A stretch of DNA of 64,000 bases, from IMG/VR virus record IMGVR_UViG_3300047994_000087, positions 64,001 through 128,000 of that record; one strand, written 5' to 3'. Below the pieces are notes generated by a model. That model was given only the letters and a program-made list of their open reading frames with translations, was not told where the DNA came from and did no database searches. Positions within the stretch are counted from its first letter, which is position 1. Each line of letters opens with the position of its first letter. Origin of the DNA: a virus. Position numbers and translations under genes: made by a program. This document shows positions 27,887-38,482 of this stretch, one piece after another.

Positions 27887-28920
27887 CTATGTGTCTCCAC
27901 TCGCAAAATGGCAGACACAGGCACCCTCACATCTTCACCTTCTCGACGACTGATCCACTCACGCTCGTCGTCTTTACACATAAATGAATCTATCTCAGCT
28001 TCCTCATAGTCCTTCTCACAGGCATCGTCATAATCATCGTCGTCATCAAAATCTTCAGGATCTAGTGAGCATTCATACTGCTCTCGCCACCCTTCTCCAG
28101 CTATGTACGACATCTGATCAGGATGCTGCCTTGCCCACGATCTGGTATATTGAACTTGCTCAAGTTGCCCCGCAAGAGCGTTCTTATCCACAGCAATCAC
28201 ACAGTCTCTGGCTGATATGTCATAGACCCATGGCTTCTCCGAGAAAGAGACAAAACCCTGTTGCCCTGGTCTGAACACACCGGTGCGTTTGATCTCGTCA
28301 GCCACGCTGAATGATGTTGTATGGTACAACTCCTGCGATTCTAATATCTTAGCCGCTCGTCCGAACGAAGACACTTGTAAGAATGCCAACACTGTGCTTG
28401 CTCTACTCTCAAACTGATAGCCATCAACTCCACGAGAATAGTCATAAGCTTTAACTTGTCCATCACGGCTTATGCCTACTTGCCCTGCATCGAGTTTGTT
28501 TATCCATTGAGGGTCAAGATCTGCCTGGTCATAAACACCAGCTTGTAAGCCCGTCTTGAAGCGCATCAGTTGAGTGAGCTTCTCCATCATCAAGACTTTC
28601 ACTCCATGAATTGCAACCATCTCGCACTTCGCATAGTGGCTCATTGGATGCCGTTTGAATATGTCATATTCTTTCTGATTGTCAGACTCCCCCTCCAGAT
28701 CAAGAGGCATCTTCACCACGTTCTCTCCAGCATCAAAGACAACTCTGTATGCCCCAATACCAATTGGTTCCCCATATTTAGTAGTCAGGTCTTCCAACAG
28801 CGTTATATAAAGATGGAGTTGGTTCGGTGCGTATGCGAACGAAGCAGCTACATTTGCAGCAGCCTTCTGATAAATTTGATTATGGTCACGTTCATTCAAG
28901 AACTCAGAGGCTCTACTCAC
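27883..28920 (-). CDS. kinase-like plus ART-like fusion protein with MSRA leader
   Basis: N domain IGIGAYRVVF..VVK..N..E..MEKL..AYDY; C domain LYHTTS, VSFS, EREW. Confidence 0.65.
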   Translation of the reverse strand: MSRASEFLNERDHNQIYQKAAANVAASFAYAPNQLHLYITLLEDLTTKYGEPIGIGAYRVVFDAGENVVKMPLDLEGESDNQKEYDIFKRHPMSHYAKCEMVAIHGVKVLMMEKLTQLMRFKTGLQAGVYDQADLDPQWINKLDAGQVGISRDGQVKAYDYSRGVDGYQFESRASTVLAFLQVSSFGRAAKILESQELYHTTSFSVADEIKRTGVFRPGQQGFVSFSEKPWVYDISARDCVIAVDKNALAGQLEQVQYTRSWARQHPDQMSYIAGEGWREQYECSLDPEDFDDDDDYDDACEKDYEEAEIDSFMCKDDEREWISRREGEDVRVPVSAILRVETHR

Positions 28921-28932
28921 CGGACTTACCTC

Positions 28933-29127
28933 TTAGTGAATAGCTCTTGAGTCTTTCTTCCTAGCTCTGTTCATGGCTCTTGCTAATGCCTGTTCAGGAT
29001 GCTTTCTGTCTTCCTCATCATCCGCAGCCTTCTGTGCTGCAAGCTCAGCAGCCGCTTTCTTAGGGTGCATTAGTTTAGAGATCATGCTGCGCTCAGCCAG
29101 GTCGAGTAATTTTCCAGCTCTAGTCAT
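28933..29127 (-). CDS. small MTRA-leader protein
   Basis: MTRAGKLLDLAE. Confidence 0.65.
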   Translation of the reverse strand: MTRAGKLLDLAERSMISKLMHPKKAAAELAAQKAADDEEDRKHPEQALARAMNRARKKDSRAIH

Positions 29128-29572
29128 TGTGCTTTTCCTCTTTGGCGCGAGCTTTTAAGTCATGATGAATGTCGTGATCCGACTTGCCACGGTAACTGTC
29201 CACGGTCTTGTCGAAGTCACTGTCCGAACCAGCATGCTTATCTAAGTACTTACGCACGTGATGGTGTTTGTCGGCCACATGGTTCATAGCTGTCACCACT
29301 CTATGTCTCTCCGGGTCGTGACCGTCATCTTTATAGATGGCCTGGGCATTGTAAGGATGGGACAATTTCTTCTCTAAGTCCTTACCTGCATGTTTAACGT
29401 GGTGAGCTGTCTTCTTAGCTTGTGCGTCTAGACTACGTTCAAAAACCGACCGATCTGCACATGGAAGACAAATTCCTTCTTTTATCTCACCACCAAAGAG
29501 AGGCTGCTCACAAGTTTGACAAACGTGTTTCCAATCCAATTGTTCTAGTAGACGACCAGCTCTACTCATCAC
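29120..29572 (-). CDS. MSRA-leader protein with CxxC..CxxC and His-rich tail
   Basis: MSRAGRLLE; CQTC...CLPC. Confidence 0.7.
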   Translation of the reverse strand: MMSRAGRLLEQLDWKHVCQTCEQPLFGGEIKEGICLPCADRSVFERSLDAQAKKTAHHVKHAGKDLEKKLSHPYNAQAIYKDDGHDPERHRVVTAMNHVADKHHHVRKYLDKHAGSDSDFDKTVDSYRGKSDHDIHHDLKARAKEEKHND

Positions 29573-29700
29573 TTAGGTCTCCCAAAAATAAGGTCTTCAA
29601 TCACTTGGTCGAGCAGGGAAAGGGCTGTGTTTGTTTTGCCGCTGTCCACCATCTGTCTGATCTCTTTCAGACGGTCGAGAGTGCTGCGCTCTTCATTCAT
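29569..29700 (-). CDS. small hypothetical protein (below the ORF-track cut-off)
   Basis: MNEERSTLDRLKEIRQ...FGRPK; its stop overlaps the next start. Confidence 0.5.
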   Translation of the reverse strand: MNEERSTLDRLKEIRQMVDSGKTNTALSLLDQVIEDLIFGRPK

Positions 29701-29728
29701 TGTCGTTTGAGACAAAATATCTGCTGCT

Positions 29729-31249
29729 TTACTCACCGACTTGTTCCTCTGGAATCAGGAACTGCTCAATGTCAGCATCAGAGAGTTCTTGTGCCTCATC
29801 TCGCTTGATGTCTGGTGCAAACTTATCCCAGAGAGCGTCATACATGATGCCCACTGAGCCACTCTCGTAATCATCATCGAACGTGGCATAGTTAGGGCTG
29901 TAGGGACTTGTACTTGCTGCGGAGTAGAGGTTACTCCACTGACCACTATGGAAGTGATCTCCGAAGTACTTGATAGCGATCTCAGCATCATCGTCGCCAC
30001 CATCTCTCCAGTCGACCAAACCACTCAGATGGCTCTTTAAGTAATCCATCATCTCTTGCTTAGTTGGGTCCATGGCTTCGTGCTTTCCCTGGTCTCCAAG
30101 CCTCAACTTGGTGCCTGCATTACTTTTGAAACCAACATGCTTAGGTCCTGTGTCAGTGACCTCCCAATCAGCCCCATAAGAATCTTGCACCTTATCACCA
30201 GGATTGAGTTTCTTGGAGCCGTGGAAATGATCGTGCACATGTGAGTACAGATCGTTGTGCGCTGGGTTCTTAGGACGGCCTTGGTCGTCATACCAAGTAG
30301 CCTCAGCAACAACGTCCTCATCCTTCTCACCACCCAAGTCTTTATCATCCTTTGGGTCCTGTGCGTCCTTCAGTTTGTTGTTGTCCTTGCCTTGCTCTTT
30401 GGCAGTGGATTCCCAGCTGGCTTTCGTCTTCGGTTTGGCTTTACGCTTAGCTTCAATCTCTTTAGCCTTGGCCAAATGATCCATCCCGGCCTTCATGTGG
30501 CTACCATCGGCATCTTCGTCTTCACAGTCGGAGCCTTCCTTAAGCACTGACTCTCCCATATAATTGTTGATGTACTCTTTTGCACGTTTAACGGTCGAGT
30601 GCAGCGTGCCCCCATGTCCGTCCGGCATGTGCTCTGGATGTGAAACTGTGTAGCCCTTAACTTTACGGTGAGTGCCAAAGCCTAACTGGGCTGATAGATT
30701 ATGCGAATCTGGCAGTCGGTGTCCTATCTGTACGCCAGAGAAGGGCTTTATTGTCCATCCCTTGTGTTCTATGTCTTCATCGACAGAATCTTCCTCAACA
30801 GCCATGGCAGCTTTGAGCATGTCTGATGCGGACTCGTTCTTAGACACTTTATACTTTGGCTTGGAAGAGACTCTGTCCTTAACTTCGTCGTCTGTAAGGT
30901 CCGACAAGTTAACTATCTTTGTTGCTCCGTTTCTGAGCACCATAATGGACCTATTTCCCTTAGCATCCATGCCTTTGTAATCACGGTGGGTGTTATTCCA
31001 AACAGCGTCTAAATGGTCATCACGTTTGGCTTCATTCTTCGGACCACAACCACACGCACCTTCTCGCACAACGTCTCGTCCAGTCAATTCCTTGATCATA
31101 CGAGTGGCTTCATCGTGCTTCATAAGGCCGTTCAGTTTGACACCAGCACAGGAAGAAGCGAGCGACTTCTCCGCCATATTAAATCTTTGTCGATCTGCTC
31201 TGGAGAGATCATCGTCAAATGACTCAAGGAATTTAGCGGCCTTACTCAT
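29729..31249 (-). CDS. multi-module MSKA-leader protein (possible polyprotein)
   Basis: MSKAAKFLE after GGAG RBS; string of short modules separated by charged linkers. Confidence 0.75.
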   Translation of the reverse strand: MSKAAKFLESFDDDLSRADRQRFNMAEKSLASSCAGVKLNGLMKHDEATRMIKELTGRDVVREGACGCGPKNEAKRDDHLDAVWNNTHRDYKGMDAKGNRSIMVLRNGATKIVNLSDLTDDEVKDRVSSKPKYKVSKNESASDMLKAAMAVEEDSVDEDIEHKGWTIKPFSGVQIGHRLPDSHNLSAQLGFGTHRKVKGYTVSHPEHMPDGHGGTLHSTVKRAKEYINNYMGESVLKEGSDCEDEDADGSHMKAGMDHLAKAKEIEAKRKAKPKTKASWESTAKEQGKDNNKLKDAQDPKDDKDLGGEKDEDVVAEATWYDDQGRPKNPAHNDLYSHVHDHFHGSKKLNPGDKVQDSYGADWEVTDTGPKHVGFKSNAGTKLRLGDQGKHEAMDPTKQEMMDYLKSHLSGLVDWRDGGDDDAEIAIKYFGDHFHSGQWSNLYSAASTSPYSPNYATFDDDYESGSVGIMYDALWDKFAPDIKRDEAQELSDADIEQFLIPEEQVGE

Positions 31250-31918
31250 CTGTATCTCTCCGAACGGGGGCACCAAGTTATTAACCTTGATAATAAGTCC
31301 CGTCTATATAGGTACGGGAAAACCAGAGAAATTAACTTCCCTGGCCCCGGATCGATGATGTGCGTCGATGAAATCTAGTAACTTGAGCTTCTAGATTAAC
31401 ACTTAGCTTATTGGTGCTTTGGAAACAGACCTCTATTTATGTCAAGCCTATAAAGGTCCAATGAGTGCATGACACTAGAGAGCTTCAGTATTGTCTGGTC
31501 AATGTCCTTAGCAAACTGACCTTCAAAACCAGGAACGTCTGGAGCCATATCCTCTATCTTCCGTAAGTGGTCGTAGGTCTCAGACAAGGAATAGAGTGCT
31601 TTGTCCAACCTCTTCACTATTTTCTTCCTACTCACGCGCCCACCTCGGTCATCGACATAAACTGCTTCTTCATTTGTTTCCGTTGTGACTTAGCGTTTCT
31701 ATCAAGAAGGTCGTCTCGCGCTTGGTCAAAGGCAGCCACAATAGATTGACCCAAGTCCGTAAAGTCGCTAGTAACTCCATACATCTGCCACCGACCAGAG
31801 TACTTAGCCTGTACCTCTACGTGCCATCACCCATGTCTCCAGAATTCGATCTTCACCCGCACACCGCAGTTCAAACAATCAAGAGTAGCCATCTGCTCTT
31901 TCAATAGATCATCTATAT

Positions 31919-32770
31919 TCATGCCGGTTGCTCCCACGGAAGGACAGTGATGTTTTCGTCTGCCAAATATTTCCTGTACTGCTTCCATCCTTTGAAATTG
32001 CCCAGGTAACCTCCATCGTATGAGGAGGCTGCGTGCTCTAGTGCGGACCCATGCATCGGACGACTCTTACACAGTTGGTCGTGGAGGGCCTTGTCCTTTT
32101 CTCTGCTGGGATGAGTGCCGTCGTGGTTTAAGTAGGACACTCGTGCGCATCTAGCTACTGAGCACTCTATAAGCTCTTGTATGTCGTCCCCATGCTCTTC
32201 AAAATCTTCCCACTCTAACTGATTAATAAAAGGAAGATGCCAGCGACCATAATCAAGTAGCTTCGGTACAGAAGCTCTATACGCTTCCCTCATATCTCTG
32301 GCTAACAGGGCGATGTGTGGCTCAGCCATGGGGTGATCACGCAGAGCAAAGAAATTGGCGTAATCAGTTGCTGACAAGACAATCTTTGTGAACATCCAGC
32401 TCTCCAATAACCTGTTTACGGTCTGCTTGTGCAACCCATAATCAAGTAGCCGTTGTGCTCTGTCCACAGCTGCATCCCTGGCTTCAAGCCATGTGATTTT
32501 GCATGCCTCAATGGTCTCTGAATCTAACTCTTCTCCTGCCTGCATGCCAGGTTTATTAGAGCCCCAATGAATAGGAATGAATGGTTCTTCAACCACTTGC
32601 TTGATCATTTTAGCTACAGGGATGGCACGGCTGCTGGAGGCGTTCCTACTGAACATCCTGTGAGTATTAAATTCACTCAGCACTATACGAGGCAGTGTCA
32701 GAACAAAGGTGGTGAGCCGATCTCCTTTAGGATTGACTGAGTCACAGATTACTTGTGCTGATATTTTCAT
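31919..32770 (-). CDS. thyX: FAD-dependent thymidylate synthase
   Basis: EFNTHRMFSRNASSSRAIP, HKQTVNRLLE, SVARCARVSY, H.SALEH. Confidence 0.92.
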   Translation of the reverse strand: MKISAQVICDSVNPKGDRLTTFVLTLPRIVLSEFNTHRMFSRNASSSRAIPVAKMIKQVVEEPFIPIHWGSNKPGMQAGEELDSETIEACKITWLEARDAAVDRAQRLLDYGLHKQTVNRLLESWMFTKIVLSATDYANFFALRDHPMAEPHIALLARDMREAYRASVPKLLDYGRWHLPFINQLEWEDFEEHGDDIQELIECSVARCARVSYLNHDGTHPSREKDKALHDQLCKSRPMHGSALEHAASSYDGGYLGNFKGWKQYRKYLADENITVLPWEQPA

Positions 32771-34257
32771 TTACTCTTCATCCTCCGCATGTTCGGCATC
32801 GAATCGGCTCCACGGAATTTTCACACGGGTACTTATTGACTCATAGGACGTGAGACCATATTGTTTGATCCAACCATCCAGGTAGGCTTGCATCTCTGTA
32901 ATTGCTTCATCTGGTATGTGGTCATAGGCGTCTTCATACATCTGTTCCGTTTCGTCTTGAATCAAACGATCAGCGTCAAAACTCATATGAACTTCACGTG
33001 TCAGGTGAGCATACTTAGGACGCCTCTCCCTATGATAACCGGCCTGCTCGTTTTCATAGTCACACTCATAGGTATTGTCGTGAATGGACTCCATCATTTC
33101 GTCCATGTCGTCGTAATAGTCATCTCCAACATTCAAGCAGTAGGGATGGTTAGGGATCTCCTCTTCCGATACGACCTTGATTTTCCCTTCTGCAATCTGC
33201 TTTTCCTCTAAGCATTCAGAACACAATTCCCCAACATAAAGGTGCCAACGGGCAGCGCCACACCCGACACAATTCTTTTCTTTGTTCCGCTGCTCATAGG
33301 GCACGCAATGATGAATGTCGCCGTCAATATTTTCCTTGTGTTTATCCACTACCTTGCAATTGGAACAATACCAAACGTGCGACTCTTTCATAGAGCCATC
33401 TTCAGTCTGATGGAACAAGGGCATGGCCTTTGTCACCACGTATGGTTTTGGTTCAGGAGTTACTGATTTGTGTCGTTGCATCATTATGCTCTCCTATCTG
33501 CCCACGGAGGTCTTCTGCCGCTTTTGGCATAACTGTGGTATCGCTGGGCCAGGGCTTCTGGATTACAGGCCACACGTCTCACTGCCGGATAGACCATGTC
33601 CAAATCTTCCGCCATGTACCTAAGAGCTAAACTTTGAGCAGCATATTCCGCCTTCAACCATTCGTTCTCGTCAATGGTGTGGCAGCTAAACCTGAAAAAC
33701 TTACCAATGTTTTTCCACATATTAATTTACGCTCCAGTACGTAGTTGAGAAATTGGTGGCGCCTTGAGTCTTGAAGAACTTCATAGCTTCGTTCAGCAGC
33801 TCCTCAGTGGAGTAATGCCCTATGTGCAGGACATACGGGGCCTGTGGGCCATCCTGCTTCCTCACCTCAACATAAGCAGTCAATCTCCAGTATGCTTGAT
33901 TGATTGATATTAGCCATCTCTAAATCCTTCATTCGCAACTATCCGTCAAACAATAGAACACTGATTTCAAAGTAAAGAACTTTGGTTGCACTGGCTCAGG
34001 ATCGTTCTTCTCATACCAATCAAGCGTTCTTAGATGCCTGTCGTGGCCCTGTTGCATTCTTCTCTGTTGGTTACTCCAAGCACACCACTTATCGGCGTAG
34101 TTTATTGGCTTACGAGGAATCAAAATCTTATACAGATGAGGGAACTCTTGGCCCTCACTGATACTCAGAAGAGGAAAGATCTCCTCAATGGAATCATCCG
34201 GCCCAATGGCAAAGAACTCATCAGTGTTGTCGACATAGAAGTATTGATCGCCAGTCA

Positions 34258-34635
34258 TCAGTCCTCCCCCGCTGCTTCGAACACCATGATCCCCAGTCTC
34301 TCTGCCTGTAGTTGGCAATCAGCAGTCCCACGGCCACCAGGAAAAACAACGAGCATATCCACATCCTTGTCTAACATTTCCAGCATTTTGTAATTCCGAA
34401 TGACTCCAGCGCCACGCCCGTACTTGCCCCAATTTGCTTTTACGGTTTGATGCTCTACGTCTCTGTCCATCGCCCAATAACGACCCAAACGATCAGCCCC
34501 TTTCGCACCGCCCTCAATGAGTAATTCAATAGGCTCTGAGGCGTGCACTTCATCGAGAGCCTTGTACAAGAACTCCTTATCGTCGTAAGTGCGGCCTCCT
34601 GTAACAACGACCTTCATCAAACACCCTTTATGCAA
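34258..34635 (-). CDS. SLOG-fold protein (DUF2493/YspA-like)
   Basis: VVVTGGRTY, IEGGAKGAD, AGVIRN..M, FPGGRGT. Confidence 0.85.
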   Translation of the reverse strand: MHKGCLMKVVVTGGRTYDDKEFLYKALDEVHASEPIELLIEGGAKGADRLGRYWAMDRDVEHQTVKANWGKYGRGAGVIRNYKMLEMLDKDVDMLVVFPGGRGTADCQLQAERLGIMVFEAAGED

Positions 34636-34879
34636 CGATAGTCATGGATGCCTGCACGTCCTTCGGACACTGCTTCTGCCTCAAGATACTCCTGGCAGAA
34701 AATGAGTATGCCCTCTGTTGATCGTCTCACAGCAAGATCTTCTCCACACCCAAACTTGTCGTAGTAGCCAATGGAGTATTGGTCACCATCCTCGGTTGGC
34801 TGGTGTGCATCTAAATAAACATTCTCGTGCTTAAGAAGCACATGCATGACGGCACGTCCAAGTGTTTCGTATGCATTCA

Positions 34880-36223
34880 TTACCAGACTCCTGTGTAGTG
34901 CGCTATGACGGTAGCCGACACGCTGACTAGCACGACGTACAAAACTACAACAGCATCTAATACTACCTTCATGTTACTGAGGGTTTCTGTGTAGCTCTCA
35001 AGTAACTCATTAATCTGCGAAAGAGGTTCATCAAACACTGAAGCAATCTGATCCTGCGGCACTATGGTTGCCCTACTGGTCACCTTATCTAGCAAGTCAC
35101 TAAGCAGGCCATGTGCAGCGTCTTTGTACTCTAACTTTTCCAAGCTCCTAATGTCGACTGGCTCATTTTGCTTATCTTCAATGGAATTGTCTTTAGCAAC
35201 ACGCTCTGTGTATGTTTGAACTGTTGCCTCATGTTGTGCGGCAAGTTCTTCAAGCTCTTTAACAGCTGCATCAGCCTTCGAACCAGTCCACTTAATACGA
35301 GTAATTCCTTCCTCTGCATCGTGTGTTGTCGTGAACACTTCCTCAGCAGCCACTTCCTGCACACTCGCACGTTTCTTGTATTTCTTCTTTATCTTAGCTG
35401 GCTTCACGTCTTTGAATGAATCAATAACCCACGTACCTTGAGCCTTAGTAGACTTAGGGTCCTTGTGCGCGTCAATCTTACCTGCCGCAATCAGGGTACG
35501 AAGTGTGGTGTCTGACATGTTCATGTAATCAGCCGCATTTTTTAATGACATCATGAGAGATGTGTCTTTCTGCTTCTTCACAGATACTCCTTGGGCTTTC
35601 TTACCCTTATGTGTTTTCTTAATTGGCTCATAACTACTGAACACCTTCTTAACGACAGAAGGATCTGAAACGTCTATACTCCATCTATCAAACTCAAGAC
35701 CGTTTTCATCGTTCGCCTTTTCCCAGCGAACAGGGAGCAGTCCTCTGCGACAGCAATCAGTTATCTTGTCCTTTGAAAATCCGAAATTCGTGCACACATG
35801 ATGTGCTGTGTGCCAGTATCGCCCATCCTGGGAGGGGTCGAACACCACAATGTTTCTACCGTGTTTATACACAGTCTCACGTGCGCTAACTGGAATCGCT
35901 CTGTATGATCCTGTGTTCGGTTCAATTGTACTCTGCATCACTTCCTGTTCCTTTACCACTGGGGGCACAAGTCTAAGTTCTGGCTGTTTACTGACTGGCA
36001 ACGTCTCAATTACATCCCACTCTGAGTTGGGAGCTACTAGGTGTGCTCGTCTCAATACAGAATAAACATAGTTTGTGTTGACACCTTGTTTCTTTGCAAT
36101 GTCGACTACGTGTTTTCCATTTTCAAAATCTTCAACAATGCATTCTTCTGTCCAGTCGATGTCATCACGAGTGTGATTCCATGCAGCAAACTGTTTATCC
36201 AACTTCTTCATTTGCCTACCCAC
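34880..36223 (-). CDS. multi-HTH DNA-binding protein with C-terminal membrane anchor
   Basis: DIAKKQGV....VY and LKNAADYMNMS..TLR..I..GKI HTH-like motifs; hydrophobic C-terminus. Confidence 0.55.
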   Translation of the reverse strand: MGRQMKKLDKQFAAWNHTRDDIDWTEECIVEDFENGKHVVDIAKKQGVNTNYVYSVLRRAHLVAPNSEWDVIETLPVSKQPELRLVPPVVKEQEVMQSTIEPNTGSYRAIPVSARETVYKHGRNIVVFDPSQDGRYWHTAHHVCTNFGFSKDKITDCCRRGLLPVRWEKANDENGLEFDRWSIDVSDPSVVKKVFSSYEPIKKTHKGKKAQGVSVKKQKDTSLMMSLKNAADYMNMSDTTLRTLIAAGKIDAHKDPKSTKAQGTWVIDSFKDVKPAKIKKKYKKRASVQEVAAEEVFTTTHDAEEGITRIKWTGSKADAAVKELEELAAQHEATVQTYTERVAKDNSIEDKQNEPVDIRSLEKLEYKDAAHGLLSDLLDKVTSRATIVPQDQIASVFDEPLSQINELLESYTETLSNMKVVLDAVVVLYVVLVSVSATVIAHYTGVW

Positions 36224-38048
36224 AACTACACCGCCTTCGGATAAAGAACATCAAGAGCTGCCTCAGATGCCTTATAACGCTCTATAAATTCAATCAGCTG
36301 TCTGTTGCTGTCTACTGTTTCGGAAGCACGCGACTGAACAGCTTCTCTCTGGTGTCTGACCTTACGTGCCATGACTATGTCGTCTCCAGACGCAACTTCA
36401 GCACATACAAGGTAACTAACAGCTTCATTCAAGAAGCTGGCAGCTCGTTCTAAAAAATAGGTTGCCTGAATAAGATCGTCTTCAACTACTTTATGCATCA
36501 CTTGATCTCCTTGTAATCCCACCGAAAAATACTATCAAGCACGTATTCTCTGAGAACTTCTTCAATATAATCATCACGCTCCTGAGCATTCAGATCTTCT
36601 AATTCACTGTCTTCTATTTCAACAGTCTGTCGCTGAGTGCAACCAACAAGGCCATTACTCACTGACACTTCAAACTTTGCCATGGTTTACCTCTTCCCTA
36701 TAAAGGCCTTCTTACTCTGAGCACAGGACGGCAAACGCCTTGGAAGTTGCAACTCCACTCCGCAATTTGTGCAATTCCCAAATAGATCGTCTGTCGCAAG
36801 GTGGGCAGCTATCCATGGGTGATTAGAGCAAGGCTCAGCACACAACGGACACATGAACCAATTACGCTCCAGGTCGTCCAGAGCTAAGTAAGTCTTTTCT
36901 TTCTTCATACCAATTCCTACCGTCTCAGGTCATTCAGTTCCTGCTGCGCCTCATAGAGCTTGTAGTCCAATGAGCGGAACACTTCAGCTACATCCTCTCT
37001 GGCTCTGTCTAAATCGACTTCCTCAAACTTTCCAGGGTTGAACGTGTGCGCCTTGGCCTTCTTTATCAGATGGTCTAACAGCTGCAAAAACTCAGCTTCA
37101 GTAAGACTCATCTGGCTTACCCCGTTATAACATGTCACCTCGCAACAATCCTGATGTTATGTTGAGCTTGTCTTGTAATTCGCAAATATCTCCCCAACTT
37201 CCATAGTCTGGCTCCAGGCCATTAGCGTTTAGTTTGCGTATGTGCTTAGAAAGCTGTCGACGGAATAGCATATTCAAATTTATCCAATGTTGTTCTCGCT
37301 CACGCAATTCTTTTAAATTGGCACGGTCAAGTCGAATTTTTGCTATGCGATGTCTGTAATGAATTTCAAACTGAGGATCAGTCGCCATCTTCTCCTCTGC
37401 CTGTTCTCGCAGTAACTCCCAGTTAGGCTCTGGTTGCCCAGCATAATAAATCTCATCAATCACGCAGCCTACTTCAAAGTCATGAAACAAAGTCTCACAA
37501 TCTTGCTCTAGCTGTTCGACATAATCTCTTACAGCCTTTTCAGCTGTGATAAGAGCACGTGCTGATTCTCCACACTCACTTTTCACATACCATGCATAGG
37601 CATCTCTGTAGTCTATAAGTAGTTGGTTAAAGGTTTTCTCTTCAGTCATTTACCCTCTCCTCAAGCTTTCTTAAAGGCCGACCGCCTCATTTGCCATTCC
37701 AGTCGCTGATGTTGTTGGTCCGCAATACTTACGGAGTTCCGGTCAAATGGGGTTCTCATATCTTCTTCCACCTAGCTAAGTGGTCGTACTCACCATCAGG
37801 ATCAGTGGGCACGCCATTGTTTCCCCAGCCAAACACAGTTTCAAACGGAATCTTACTTACGGCAAACTGCCACAGTCCTTGTCCCCATTCACCAATAGCT
37901 CTACACTTTCTGACATCCGCACCCCAAGTGACAACAGACACAAGTCCGTCTTTGTGGACAGACAAGAGAACTATTCCAGTACAATTACGTTCCTTTGCTA
38001 GCTTCTCTATTGTCTTGATGCCAACGGGGGCACGAGATTTAGTCATTG

Positions 38049-38450
38049 TTATACCGCCAGCAGCTCAAGTTCAGAGATCTGCTTACGAATCTCATCCAGC
38101 GATTGGCTGGTGATGTTCTCATTTTCTTTGGCCGCTGCGATCTCTTTCAAGTGAGCTAGCTTAGCAGCATTGGCTGCTCTGGTCTTGTTAGCCTCATTCT
38201 GTGCAACCTTGTGTTAAATCACGTGCTTCAGAATGTCCAGACGTAAATCATTATTAGTTGCAGTCTTTCTTTTAACTGAAGTAGGTATGAACGATTCCAC
38301 TTCTTCCTCGCGTAGTTGTGCATTGACCTTACGAGCAATAGCATCAAGCGCGTTGAGGTTAAGCTCATATAGATCTTCAGTGGCCAGTCTTCCTTGTGGT
38401 GCGTCGAAACGCAGTTTTAGCTTCGCAGCCTGTTCAAACATATTAGTCAT
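38049..38450 (-). pseudogene. conserved phage coiled-coil protein interrupted by an in-frame TAA
   Basis: After TAA at 38214-38216 the frame stays open (HKVAQNEANK...SLDEIRKQISELELLAV) and ends next to the following start. Confidence 0.75.
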
Positions 38451-38482
38451 GTGTAATTTTAACTCCTTATTACTGTTGTTAG

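Noticed and set aside
31408-31635. MSRKKIVKRLD as another leader-family member
   Set aside because: It lacks Ala4 and the hydrophobic-x-E ending, so it was not counted.
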